Assembly: GCA_023228045.1 (NCBI GenBank)
Contig: JALOBY010000007.1
Coordinates: 1 to 60,230 of the forward strand
DNA length: 60,230 nt
Source: Endomicrobiales bacterium
GTDB taxonomy: Bacteria; Elusimicrobiota; Endomicrobiia; Endomicrobiales; JALOBY01
Reading direction: 5' to 3'
Position numbers and translations under genes: made by a program. Positions 1-11,296 of this stretch are shown piece by piece. The notes beneath the pieces are model-generated. The model ran no database searches, was not told the DNA's origin, and was given only the letters and a program-made list of their open reading frames with translations. How positions within the stretch are numbered: the first letter of the stretch is position 1; every line of letters begins with the position of its first letter.

Positions 1-3000
1 GTGTAAAGCTTGCCTGATCTGTTGAATAATAAAGTTTGTATTGCGTTCCATCGGGGTTGGTGTTTTCATACCAGCTTACCCTGATTGTGTCACTTGTTAC
101 TCCAAGGGTGGCAAGTGATGATGGGCTCTTGGAAAGCGTGTAAATGCTAGATGATGTTGAGTCAGTATAGCCAACAGGGTTGTGTGCTCTTGCAAAAGCA
201 GTGTAAGCTTTGTTTGGTAAAAGCCCCGTGCCCATAAAAGAAGTGGTGCCCGCAGGTAATTCCCCGGAAACATCGGTTGTTCCAGAATAGATTGTGTACG
301 ATGTTTCTTCGTTTACATCACTCCAGCTTACTTCAATTGAGTTGTCGCTTAAAGCTCTTCCTGTAAAGAATGTGAAAGCAGATGGAGTGCCCCAGAACAC
401 TACATTATTTGGATCGTTTTCATAAGCATGGCCCGCCTTTGCGCCTGTGGCGTTATCCATTCTTATGTCATTAACGCTTGGAGAAGACATATTTATAGCC
501 GACACATTTACACCTACATTTGCGTCAAACGAACAATTCTGCATTATATAAACACCAGTTGCCGGCATAAATGTAATTGCAGTTGCGCCTGGTTTTGTGT
601 TTAGGAAGTTTATTTTTCTAAAACCAAACATTCCATTAACTATTGTAAAGGTGTCTATTGAAACACCGTTTGACCCGCTTAAAGTTAAACCATTTACATT
701 TAGCGTTGCACCTGAGATAATAAAACCAAAGTAGCCGGCATTTGAAGTTATTGTGTTGTAGGTACCGTAAGTGTTTAGTATGCCGCTTACACTTATAGTT
801 GAACCACCGGCAAGATAAATGCTTCCGTTGCCCATATCAAAGGTACTTGAGTTGTAAGCACCTATGCCGCCTATAGCAGTAAGTGTTGAATCATTTAGGT
901 TAAACTTACCATCAATGTATAGCGTATTAATAACTGTCATTGGTTTTGCACCATAGCAATCAAACTGAGAGTTGCCAGAAACAAGCATACTGCTAATTTG
1001 CACGCTTGCGGCCGGTGTTATTATTTTAGTAAGAGATGTACCATAAACTTCAAAAACATCAAATGTTCCTAAAAGCGGAGATAATGTTTGAGTTTGAATA
1101 CCATGAGTTTGCCATGTGCCGCGAGGGTTAAATGTGGTGCCTGCTTTTTGTGTCATATTGCCACTACCCCTCAGAGACACTTGCGCATTGTTTGTATCAA
1201 AACCGCCGTGGTTTATATCAAAGTTCCCAAAAACATTCATTGTGCCCAAAGTAGAAACCGTACCTGTGCTTTCAATTAACACATTATTAAAACCAGCACT
1301 GCCCGGGTAAATGGTTTGGTCTGTTGTGCCTGCAAAACTAAGCGCTCCAGTGCCCGCGTCAAACCCTGCGCCGCCGCTCACAAGAAAGTTGCCTGTAATT
1401 GTATGAGTGGCAGAGCCGGCAATGAAACTACCTGCATACATTGAAAGAGAACCCATTTGCACTGCGTTATTGTTTGCATTAAAACTTCCGGCACCAGATG
1501 GAAAGTATAAGTCGCCTTTTATGTTCAAGTTTGAATTTGCCTGAACATAGGAAGATGTTATTACGCTGAAGTTGTTAAAGTACGAGTTCTGAGTTTGTAT
1601 AACTTTTTGCGCGAGAGTTCCTGCAAAACTAACACCACCAGTGTTAAGCGTTACAATACCGCCAGTTTGTTTCCAATCACCTTTAATTGTAATTGTACTA
1701 CCACCTTCAGTGCTCATATAACCGCTTTGCATATCTAAATCGCCGTCAATGTTAAGGTCGCTTATCAGCATTATTGTTGAAGCTGATGGGCTTAGAATTG
1801 TCATTGAAGCAATTGAAATATCACTTACCCAATGACAATCTCCGTTACCTGTGCCATCAAATATTATTGTTTCGCCGTTTTGAGGCACACCAGCTGGTTC
1901 CCATGCCTCAGAGTTTAAAGAATTGCTTAACGATGTTGATACCCACTTTCTTGTTTTTACAACCACGAAGGCACTTGCAACATTACTATAATCACCTGCA
2001 ATACCGTCTGAGTTTTGCGCCCTTACTTTAAAATACGAGGTCGCGCCCGGAATAAGTGTGTTAATTAGAACCGTTGTCGTCCTTATGCGTGAAACAAAAG
2101 GTACCGGCGTTGTGTATGAGCCAAAATTACTATCGGTAGATTGAATTACCTCATAAATTGTGGTGGTAGAGGCATTACCATTTGCATCCCAGTTTAGCGT
2201 TGCGCTTGTATAATAAACTTCGCTAAATGATGCACTTTGCGGAGTTCTGGGTAAAGTGAACCTGCCAACTAAATTGGTTGCGCCGCTTTCACCGGAGGAG
2301 TTATACTGTGTTAAATATCTGTAATGTGTTGTATTTAATGCAAGCCCGCTTTCAATGTAAGCCGTAACATCTGATGTTAACCCAAGTGCGATACCATTTC
2401 CCAAACTATCATAAAGGTTGTATCCGCTTACATAAGTAGTGCCGTGGTTCCACTGCCATTTTATTGTGTCTGTGCCAATGGCAATACCAACAAAATCACT
2501 TGGCGATGCCGGCAATGTAAGCACATTTGTAACACTGCTGTATCCCGGTGAAACAACAAGCTCATTATTTATTGCGCCAACCCTATAAGCATAAATTGTA
2601 TCGGCATTTAAACTGGTATCGCTATAACTTGTGGCGGGAACAGTTGCAATAAATACACTATTTCTTTCAAGACGATAAGCGATAGCTCCTGTATCTGCCC
2701 AGCCAAGCGTAACTGAACTTACATTAACGGCGTTAACACTTACCGATGAAGGTATAATTGCATAAGTGTATTTTTGTGTTGCTGTTGCACTGCTTAACCC
2801 AGCGCCATTATATTGTTTTAGCACTCTTGTGTATTGGGTATTTGCATTAAGCCCGGTTTCAATGTAGGCTGTTACATTTGAAACTAAGCCAATCGCTAAC
2901 TCAAATCCCGTTGAAGTATAAAGGTTGTATCCACTTACATAAGTACTGCCATGGTTCCACTGCCATTTTATTGTGTCTGTTCCAATGGCAATACCAACAA

Positions 3001-4830
3001 AACCACTTGGTGATGCCGGCAATGTAAGCACATTTGCAACACTGCTGTATCCCGGTGAAACAACAAGTTCATTATTTATTGCGCCAACTCTATAGGCATA
3101 GTATGTATCGGCACTTAAACTGGTATCGCTATAACTCGTGCCGGTAACACTTGCAACAAATACACTATCTCTTTCAAGGCGATACGAATTTGCCCCAGTA
3201 TTCGCCCAGCTAAGTGTAATTGAACTTACATTAACGGCGTTAACACTTACCGATGAAGGTATAATTGCATAAGTGTATTTAGCATCACTGTTTGATGCAC
3301 CTGATATTCCACTTATGTTACCTGCTTTTACATATCTTGTGTATTGTGTGTTGCTGCTTAAACCAACTTCAAGCCATTGTGTCACACCCTCTACATTTCC
3401 AACTTTACTGTCATCAGTGCCATTGTATATCGCATAGTATGTTGCATTCGCACTTAATGTCCAACTCCATTGTATTGACCCCGTGCTTTGTACTGCTCCA
3501 CTAAATGAGCCTGGCGCAGCTGGCGGAGCGGTGTTTATTGTAATATCAATACCTAAACTATTAAATTGTGATGCTACAGGAACAGAATCTGCGTAAATGC
3601 TGTAATATTCGTTTGAATCTAACCGACCATTTTCGTTTACATCAACAAAAGCAGTCACTTTATAAAAACTATATGGTGTTGAAACCCTTAACGAGTAATC
3701 CCATGCCGGTGTGTTTGGAGTGCTTTCAGTAACATTATAAGGGCTTGCACCGCCAAAAGAAGGAGATGCAATTACAACAATGTTGCCTATTTGTTCAGAG
3801 TTGTTGGTTATATGTCCGCTTATAGCGCCAAAATCAAATAAAGAGAAATCCACATTTGAAGCAGTATGTGATGATGCGCTTAAATATATTGGCGTTGCAT
3901 TCCACCAATTTGACGCTTGCCTAAAATAACCTATCGGCTCATAGCCGTCCGGCACATCATTATCATTTTCATCAATCAGCGCCATAACATAGAAAGTATT
4001 TGGAAGCGACAAATTGCTAAAACTATAATACCCTGCACCAGTGAAAGAAGTTATAGGCGTTACAAAACTCATAACACCATTATCGCCGATAGCGCTTGCT
4101 ATAGCAACTTTATATACGCCGCCAACAAAAGAGCCATTGTAACTCATAATACCGGATATTGTTCCGGAAGTTATCGGCAATGCCTCAGAAGCACAGGCAC
4201 TTGAGATATTTGAAACTGCAGACCAATTACTCACTTCATCCGCGTTCCAAATTGCAAAATAATATGTTACACCCGAAGTAAGCGGGCCGACAATTTGCGA
4301 AACCACATCGCCCGACGTAACATTTGAAGTTGAAACGGTTATTTGCGCAAGCGGATAATTCCAGCCAGAGAGTGAGTCCCCACTTGCCACTGTGGCATAT
4401 TGCACTTTATATTGTGACCCTACCGGCAAACTTCCAAACATTCCATCGTCACCGGGAGCACCCCATGAAAGTTTAACATTGCCACCGAGTGTATCTGCCG
4501 TTCTTGCCACAAGTGTAGTAACCGCCGCTGGAGCTATTGTATCACCAAGCAAAATATAGGCAGAACTCATTGCGGATGTATTTGACCAACAATCAACATT
4601 TTCATCTCTTGTCCAAAGCTTAAAGTAATAGGTAGTATTGCCGCTAAGCGCACTACTGCTAAGTGTAACGCTTTGAGAATCTCCCGGGTTAATTGAACTG
4701 GTTGTTACAATTATAATCTGCGCAGAAGCAGTGCTCCATACAACGCCCTGACTTTGCGAATATTGCAAGGCAAACACACTACCAGCTTGCAATTGGTTTA
4801 ACATACCATCATCACCCGGTGCCCCAGGAC
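1..4830 (-). CDS. Giant cell-surface protein, C-terminal continuation, partial (runs off window start). It is the same gene as 4812..8615 read in the +1 frame. It contains FN3-like repeats with a WQWNHG..GYNLY motif, a parallel beta-helix-like region, and more FN3 repeats.
   Basis: I translated the minus-strand frame by hand and it stays open from ~4830 to the window edge. FN3 domain motifs recur throughout. The frame is open across the upstream stop codon and re-creates the domain motif SW-APGDDGM at the junction. The ORF track lists no such ORF, presumably because there is no stop inside the window. Confidence 0.7.
2250..3270 (-). repeat. Tandem duplication of two ~510 bp units (~170 codons each) inside the giant gene, encoding near-identical FN3 domain pairs.
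   Basis: The strings ttcaatgtaagccgtaac / ttcaatgtaggctgttac and ccactgccattttattgtgtctg recur at an offset of ~508-510 bp. The translated units KYTYAIIPSSVSVNAVNVSS...GTDTIKWQWNHG.TYVSGYNLY are ~90% identical. Confidence 0.8.
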
Positions 4831-7800
4831 ACAATTGCGGTACGAGGAGTTGAGCTTGCAACAGCCACAAAATAAGTCGGGGTTGAAGGTGCGACAAGGC
4901 AATTAGTATTAATTTCTGTGGAATTGTAATTTCCTGCCAAATCATAGCCGCTAAGGGTTAAATTCAAAGAGGTGTTGTCAGTTAAAATATTAAGTGGTGA
5001 ACCATTAAGTGAAACACTATTCTCTCCCGTTATTAACTGGTCACCCAACAATGGAAAGTTTGACCCACTTGCAGAAAACATTGTTGTAGCTACAGGAATT
5101 GTGTAACAATCTTCGCTAAGTGAGTAATCAACATCAAAAAAACCATTTCTAAAAATTAATCGCTCACTGCCAGCTGGGTGTGTAATTTGAAGAGTCGGAT
5201 TTGTGCGGTCAACTGTAATTGCGGCTGTGCTTTTTACGATATGGAGCCCATCAGTAAATTCAAAAATCAAAGTATGCACACCTTCTGAAATTTGCCCATA
5301 CCAACTCCCGTTTTTATCATAGAGGGAACCGTTCATCCATTGCGAACTTCCTAAAGTACCAGTTGTGTATGCAAGGTTGTAAGGTACACTTGAGGAGGCT
5401 GAAGCAGGGAAGTAATCAACCCCATCATCAAACACACCATTGTCGTTCATATCAAAATAAAGCGAGTAATTACCATTTTCGTTGGCACTAAAATCAGACT
5501 GTAAACTGGGCTCAAGTGAACCGGGGTTAGCGTTTAAGTGTTTATCATGATTGCCGTCTAAATCATAACAATTAAATGAAATAACTGGTGTAGATGTATC
5601 AACCCTAAATGTCCAACTTATATTTGAGATATTTGGTATTGTGGCTTTATCGCGAACACTTAGGTAAACAGTGTGGCTTCCCTCGCTAAGGCCAGAGCAG
5701 TCGTAAGAAAGCTCGCCATTTGAAGGGTTAAAGCTTGGGGTTACCGGCGAAGCGTCTAAACTTATAGTTGTTGAAGCGACATTAATACCGGTTCCATCAC
5801 CATCGGATAGGGTTGCAAGTATAGTTGGATTGATATTGCCTATAAGACCGTTTATTGCCGGCGAAATAAAACTTATTACAGGTTTTTGTGTGTCAAGGGA
5901 CGGGTCTGGGGTTAAATATATGTGGTTTAGCGATGCCGTTGAAAGAATTCCAGTCCAAGTATTAAAACCTGTCACATTAACTCTTGCAGAAAATGTGGAA
6001 CTAACTGGCAAGTACTTTACCTGAAAATTTCCTCCAGAATCGCTATTGCTAAAACCAATTAGATAAGCTCCAGATATAATTTCAATAGACGCATCACTTA
6101 TAGTAGAGCTTGAAGCCGCATTTTTAACATCTCCAGAAACGCTAACTCCGGTACTGATTATTATATCAGCGTTAAGTGTGCCTTCAGCTACACCAATTGT
6201 TCGCGCGATTACCTGCTGTTCTGCTTCGTTGAAAATACCAATACCATAAACTAACCCGGTAGCAACATTTATACCATAATGGCCTGTAGAAGTAGCCATA
6301 GAAACAAAATCAGGGTTACTTTTTGGTGCAGGCGAACCCGCAGGTAAGGCAAATATCATAAACGGCCCGCTATGCGTTGTATTATTGATAATATTGCCAG
6401 AAATACCACCTAAGGGCAAAGTTAAAAGAAAATTTTTGGTGTTTGTACCCGGGTGAGTTATAAATGAAAGGTCAGAAGTTTGAGAGATATGACCATCATT
6501 CTTATCTGAAACATGAAGTTCCATCCCTGTGCCAGTTGAAACACCACCAATATAATAGTAACCACCAGTATCGGTTATTACGCTATATTGTGATACCTCT
6601 CTTTGCGTATCTGACCACATAAGATAAACATTAATGTTACCCAAAGGGCCACCGGTATCTGACACAGTACCTTCAATAGCAACAGCTGGAGGTAGGTTAA
6701 TGTTAACATCTGGGTTTACGGAAAAGTTTGTTGTTTGATTTTCAAAAACATCTATATCTGTGTGATATGCAAAACCAAGAGATGAGTCAACACCTGAAGG
6801 GTTTGCCATAACAATATAAGAGCCGGCGGCAAGGTTAGAAAATGTGTAATAACCTTCTGAGTTTGCTTGAGTACTGTTTGAACTGCTGCCATCATGCAAA
6901 TCGTTAAGTGAGTTGTAAAGTGAAACGCTGCAATTTGCAACAGGCATTGTTCCAGAAAGTATCTGACCGTATATTGAGCCACCATATGCAAGCACAAAAT
7001 CAATCTGCGTTGTGGTGCCTGGCAAAAGCGTTCTATTAGCAGTTATATTGCCAAAACCATCTTTAGAAACTGTAATACTTTCACTGCCCGAGCTTACCTG
7101 GTCCACATAATTTCCGGAAGCATCTGTATTAGTTTGCTCCCAAATAGTTGGACTGTTGCTCATCGTTTCTAAGTATGAAGTTATTGTTGCGTCTGCAATT
7201 GGCGCGCCGGTGTAAAAATTTGTTACTGTTCCATGTATTTTTACACCCTTTGTTAGAGTAATAGTGCCAAAATCTACCCCGTAAATATTTCCAATTTGCT
7301 TTGCTGCACTATAAGCGCTTGCATAAGGGCTTGAAACTGCCATTAACATATATGTAGAGTTATCCGCATTTATGCCAAACACTTTAAAGTTACCGCTTGC
7401 ATCGCAAACACCATAGCGGTCCCAACCAGAATAATAACTCTCCGACCACTGCTTGCCAACACTCACAACCGCTCCTGCGCAAGGCAAGCCATTGGCAATA
7501 ACTTTACCAGTTGCAAAACCCGAAACCGCCCAAGCGCCCAAACTTCCTTGCTCAGTTGTGGTATTACCATAGCTATCTGTCACTTTTATCTGAGCGTAAT
7601 AGGTCGTGTTGTTATCTACTATGTTCTTTGATATCATCATCTGGCCTGGATCTGGGGTGCCTGTGTTTTGTTTACTGCCATCCCATTGCACACGCGGGCT
7701 TGCGTATGAATCTGCCCAAATATTACTATTTACTACATAGTCATTTTGGTCAAAAACCCCATCTAAATTTGTATCTATTGTGAAAACATAGCTACCATCT

Positions 7801-8615
7801 ACTGCCGAAAGAAAATCAAAGTATATGTTGTCTTGATTATTATCGTTATTTGGGGTAAAGCCAGCGGTTAAATTACCGGAGTGTGTACCCTGGTCTAAAT
7901 CAGCAGTTAAACCATAAATTCGCCAATCCACAGGTATTGTGTTTGCGGTTTTACCAGAAGAAAGTGTTCCAAAATCAAAGAATTTTGTAAAAGTTGCGGG
8001 ATTGCGGCTGGAAAGATTCTGTTCAGGAAAACAATTCTGCACATTATTTGAAACATCATCTTGTGTAAACACCATAACTTTTATGCTTGTAGCAGAAGTT
8101 ATAGCAAGGTCAGCCATAGGAATTGAAAGCTCATGAATATTTCCAAAAGTTGAGGAAGAAGAAATTAGCGACCCGCTCCAAGATGCCAAAACCCAAGCGT
8201 GCGTAGCAGCATCATATTTGTAAAGGCCTTTTAGAGTATCGGAATCATAAACAAAAGCATAATGCGCGTTAAACGGAAGTGTGTGATATGAACTGCTTGT
8301 GTTCCAATCAAGCGACGAGTTAGTACCACCCGAATTTGATGTGCTAATATAAATAAAGTAGTCATGTAAACAACTTGGAGTATCTTGCAGACCAAAGTAA
8401 ATTGCAGTAGAACTCCATGTGGTATAAATAGATGTTGTTATGCCTGAGTAATTCTCAGTTCCAAGTAGCTCATCACTACTCCAATCCACTGAACTGCCAT
8501 CAACAATATAATTCTTAAACGACGCCGCATTGGCACTTGCGACAAAAAAACAAAACACGAAAAAGAACGACAGAACAGCCCACATTTTAATTTTTTTTGT
8601 CATAAAATTTTCCAT
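4812..8615 (-). CDS. Giant secreted surface protein, N-terminal part (1267 aa). It has a signal peptide, several carboxypeptidase-regulatory-like (prealbumin-fold) domains and Ig/FN3-like domains. It ends at TGA TGA because of a frameshift.
   Basis: The ORF track gives a 1267 aa ORF. The N-terminus MTKKIKMWAVLSFFFVFCFFVASANA is a typical Sec signal peptide, preceded by an AGGAGA ribosome-binding site. Several ASGN[FY].V motifs typical of CarbopepD_reg-like domains are present. The C-terminus TPRTAIVSWGTG* truncates an FN3 motif. Confidence 0.8.
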   Translation of the reverse strand: MENFMTKKIKMWAVLSFFFVFCFFVASANAASFKNYIVDGSSVDWSSDELLGTENYSGITTSIYTTWSSTAIYFGLQDTPSCLHDYFIYISTSNSGGTNSSLDWNTSSSYHTLPFNAHYAFVYDSDTLKGLYKYDAATHAWVLASWSGSLISSSSTFGNIHELSIPMADLAITSATSIKVMVFTQDDVSNNVQNCFPEQNLSSRNPATFTKFFDFGTLSSGKTANTIPVDWRIYGLTADLDQGTHSGNLTAGFTPNNDNNQDNIYFDFLSAVDGSYVFTIDTNLDGVFDQNDYVVNSNIWADSYASPRVQWDGSKQNTGTPDPGQMMISKNIVDNNTTYYAQIKVTDSYGNTTTEQGSLGAWAVSGFATGKVIANGLPCAGAVVSVGKQWSESYYSGWDRYGVCDASGNFKVFGINADNSTYMLMAVSSPYASAYSAAKQIGNIYGVDFGTITLTKGVKIHGTVTNFYTGAPIADATITSYLETMSNSPTIWEQTNTDASGNYVDQVSSGSESITVSKDGFGNITANRTLLPGTTTQIDFVLAYGGSIYGQILSGTMPVANCSVSLYNSLNDLHDGSSSNSTQANSEGYYTFSNLAAGSYIVMANPSGVDSSLGFAYHTDIDVFENQTTNFSVNPDVNINLPPAVAIEGTVSDTGGPLGNINVYLMWSDTQREVSQYSVITDTGGYYYIGGVSTGTGMELHVSDKNDGHISQTSDLSFITHPGTNTKNFLLTLPLGGISGNIINNTTHSGPFMIFALPAGSPAPKSNPDFVSMATSTGHYGINVATGLVYGIGIFNEAEQQVIARTIGVAEGTLNADIIISTGVSVSGDVKNAASSSTISDASIEIISGAYLIGFSNSDSGGNFQVKYLPVSSTFSARVNVTGFNTWTGILSTASLNHIYLTPDPSLDTQKPVISFISPAINGLIGNINPTILATLSDGDGTGINVASTTISLDASPVTPSFNPSNGELSYDCSGLSEGSHTVYLSVRDKATIPNISNISWTFRVDTSTPVISFNCYDLDGNHDKHLNANPGSLEPSLQSDFSANENGNYSLYFDMNDNGVFDDGVDYFPASASSSVPYNLAYTTGTLGSSQWMNGSLYDKNGSWYGQISEGVHTLIFEFTDGLHIVKSTAAITVDRTNPTLQITHPAGSERLIFRNGFFDVDYSLSEDCYTIPVATTMFSASGSNFPLLGDQLITGENSVSLNGSPLNILTDNTSLNLTLSGYDLAGNYNSTEINTNCLVAPSTPTYFVAVASSTPRTAIVSWGTG

Positions 8616-8877
8616 AAACTCTCCTAAAAATCAAATAAAAAAGCCACAGGCACATTTGTCTACGGCTTAATTTTATATGATACTTTTTATTGTCTCCATT
8701 GTAATCTGTTAAATTAGATTTCGCAACATATAAAGTATCCCATAAAAATTTGTTTTTGTCAATAAAAATTTTACAAGTTTTTTTAAAAAATTCCTGAAAA
8801 TTATCACAAATCAAAATACTTTTTGTGTTTTTAACTTTTCAACTGTTAAAATACTGCCCAAAACACCTTATGTTTTG

Positions 8878-8907
8878 TTGACAATATGCACACAATTGGA
8901 ATATAAT
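8878..8907 (+). promoter_or_regulatory. Sigma70-like promoter for the HNH gene (TTGACA, 18 nt spacer, TATAAT).
   Basis: TTGACA sits at 8878-8883 and TATAAT at 8902-8907, about 10 nt upstream of the ATG at 8918. Confidence 0.5.
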
Positions 8908-8917
8908 CAAATAAATT

Positions 8918-9517
8918 ATGAGTGATGTTTTAATTTTAAACAGAAACTTTTATGCAATTCAAATAACCAGCTGGCAAAGAGCGCTTAGCCTGCTTTATAT
9001 TGACCATGCCTCAGTGGTTGATGATGACTACAAAACCTATTCTTTCAACGACTGGAAAGAACTTTCACAAATGGTGGGTTCTACACCTTCGGGCTTTGTT
9101 ACAACACCAAACTTTAAAATTGCCATACCGGATGTAATTGCATTAAAATTTTACGACAAACTCCCTGTTTCCGAGGTAAAATTTACCAGAAGAAACATTT
9201 ACGAACACTTCGGATACAAATGCTGTTACTGCGGCAACAAATTTGAAACAAACAACTTAAATTTAGACCATGTTACCCCAAAAAGCAAGGGCGGTAAAAC
9301 CAACTGGGAAAACATTGTAACCTCTTGTATACCCTGCAACCTAAAAAAAAGCAACCACTTGCCAAGCGAAGCAGGAATGAAACTTCTAACTATCCCATCA
9401 AAACCAAAGTGGCGCGGGCCAATGGCTATTGCATTTAACTCACCAATAAAAATAAAAATATCTTGGCAAAAATTTATAGATAACGCTTACTGGAATACAG
9501 AGTTAGAAAACAGTTAA
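8918..9517 (+). CDS. HNH endonuclease family protein (199 aa).
   Basis: HNH motif [46 protein letters not shown] (C-x2-C ... DH ... N ... C-x2-C). Confidence 0.8.
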   Translation: MSDVLILNRNFYAIQITSWQRALSLLYIDHASVVDDDYKTYSFNDWKELSQMVGSTPSGFVTTPNFKIAIPDVIALKFYDKLPVSEVKFTRRNIYEHFGYKCCYCGNKFETNNLNLDHVTPKSKGGKTNWENIVTSCIPCNLKKSNHLPSEAGMKLLTIPSKPKWRGPMAIAFNSPIKIKISWQKFIDNAYWNTELENS

Positions 9518-9579
9518 ACTATACAAAATGCAAAAATAATAGTTTAGCCACAAACAAAATAAAATTACTGGAGAAGAAA

Positions 9580-10938
9580 ATGGAAGACATCAAAATTACA
9601 CTGCCAGAAAAAGAAATGCCAACACATTGGTATAACATTCAGGCCGACTTAGCAAACCCATTGCCTCCTGCAATTCACCCTGGCACAAAAAAACCAATTG
9701 GCCCGCAAGACCTTGCTCCGCTTTTTCCAATGGAAATTATAAAACAAGAAGTAAGCACTGAGCGCTGGATAGAAATACCAGATCAGGTACGCGAAATATA
9801 CCGTCTTTGGAGGCCTGCACCGCTTTTTAGAGCGCATCGCCTTGAAAAATTTTTAGATACCCCCGCAAAAATCTACTACAAATATGAAGGTGTAAGCCCT
9901 GCCGGAAGCCACAAACCAAACACAGCTATCGCACAGGCCTACTACAATATGAAAGAAGGCGTAAAACGCATAACTACAGAAACCGGTGCTGGCCAATGGG
10001 GCTCAGCGCTTGCACTTGCCTGTGACCTATTTGGCATAAAGTGCACGGTATATATGGTAAAGGTCTCATTTGACCAAAAACCATACCGCAAATATATGAT
10101 GCATATGTGGGGTGCCGAAGTATTTTCAAGCCCAACAACAAGAACAGAGGCCGGCCGTGCCATATTAGAAAAATACCCAAACTCAAATGGCTCGCTGGGT
10201 ATAGCAATTTCTGAAGCAATTGAAGATGCTGTTAAAAGCGGTTCAAAGTACTCCCTTGGCAGTGTGCTAAACCATGTACTTATGCACCAAACAATAATCG
10301 GCCTTGAAACAAAAAAACAAATGGAAATGGCTGGCGATTACCCCGACATTATTATCGGCTGCCTTGGTGGCGGCTCAAATTTTGCGGGTATTTCATTCCC
10401 ATTTTTAATGGACAAACTACAAGGTAAAAAGAAAAAACTACGCGCAATAGCCGTTGAACCAGCGGCCTGCCCAAAACTAACAAAAGGGCCTTATGCGTAC
10501 GACTTTGGCGACACAGCAGGAATGACCCCACTTTTAAAAATGTACACACTTGGGCATACTTTTATGCCAGCCGGCATACATGCGGGCGGACTGCGCTACC
10601 ATGGAGCATCGCCGTTAGTATCAATACTCAAACATGAAAACATAATTGAGGCAGTTGCTTACAATCAAAACCCTGTATTTGAAGCCGCGATAAAGTTTTC
10701 AAAGTGCGAAGGCATAATACCGGCACCCGAGTCGGCTCACGCTGTTAAAGCCGCTATGGATGAAGCATTAAAGGCAAAAGAAAGCGGAGAGAAAAAGGTA
10801 ATTTTGTTTAACCTTTCAGGCCACGGGCACTTTGACCTTGCCTCTTACGAATCATATTTAAACGGCGAGTTGGTTGATTTTGAATATCCATCGGAAAAAG
10901 TAACCGAAGCCCTTAAACAACTGCCAAAGATAAGCTAA
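9580..10938 (+). CDS. trpB: Tryptophan synthase beta chain-like PLP enzyme, long TrpB2 type (452 aa), with no adjacent trpA.
   Basis: [11 protein letters not shown]-lysine region and an HxGxxxxG-like [11 protein letters not shown] motif. The ~450 aa length with N-terminal extension is typical of TrpB2. Confidence 0.75.
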   Translation: MEDIKITLPEKEMPTHWYNIQADLANPLPPAIHPGTKKPIGPQDLAPLFPMEIIKQEVSTERWIEIPDQVREIYRLWRPAPLFRAHRLEKFLDTPAKIYYKYEGVSPAGSHKPNTAIAQAYYNMKEGVKRITTETGAGQWGSALALACDLFGIKCTVYMVKVSFDQKPYRKYMMHMWGAEVFSSPTTRTEAGRAILEKYPNSNGSLGIAISEAIEDAVKSGSKYSLGSVLNHVLMHQTIIGLETKKQMEMAGDYPDIIIGCLGGGSNFAGISFPFLMDKLQGKKKKLRAIAVEPAACPKLTKGPYAYDFGDTAGMTPLLKMYTLGHTFMPAGIHAGGLRYHGASPLVSILKHENIIEAVAYNQNPVFEAAIKFSKCEGIIPAPESAHAVKAAMDEALKAKESGEKKVILFNLSGHGHFDLASYESYLNGELVDFEYPSEKVTEALKQLPKIS

Positions 10939-11296
10939 AAATAAATTAAAAGAGTTCTTAAGTTGGCAAAAATATTGCCGCTAAAGAACTCTTTGTGTGT
11001 ATTTAGCTATTGTAAATCATTAGTGTTTGATTTTGTTATTTCCGACCCCTCCCAGTTTATGTCATTCAATGACAAAATATGTGGGACAATGGTGTAGTCA
11101 TAGCTGTTTGATTAAAAGTTAATCTGCAATCGCATTTAATTTTCAAGTCATTGCGAATCCTGCGAAGCAGGGTGTGGCAATCTGGTGTTAAAATTTTACG
11201 ACGAGATCGCCACGGCCTTTGGCCTCGCGAAGACGCCGTCCGGCGTATTTTAACCGGACAGTTGTGATACAAAATAACTAAAAATTAGGATATTAA

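Noticed and set aside
1088-4204. Several 60-95 aa plus-strand ORFs (1088..1279, 1116..1310, 1774..2031, 3292..3504, 3917..4204).
   Set aside because: They lie antisense to the continuous minus-strand giant-protein reading frame. They have no ribosome-binding sites and their products are low-complexity, so they are spurious.
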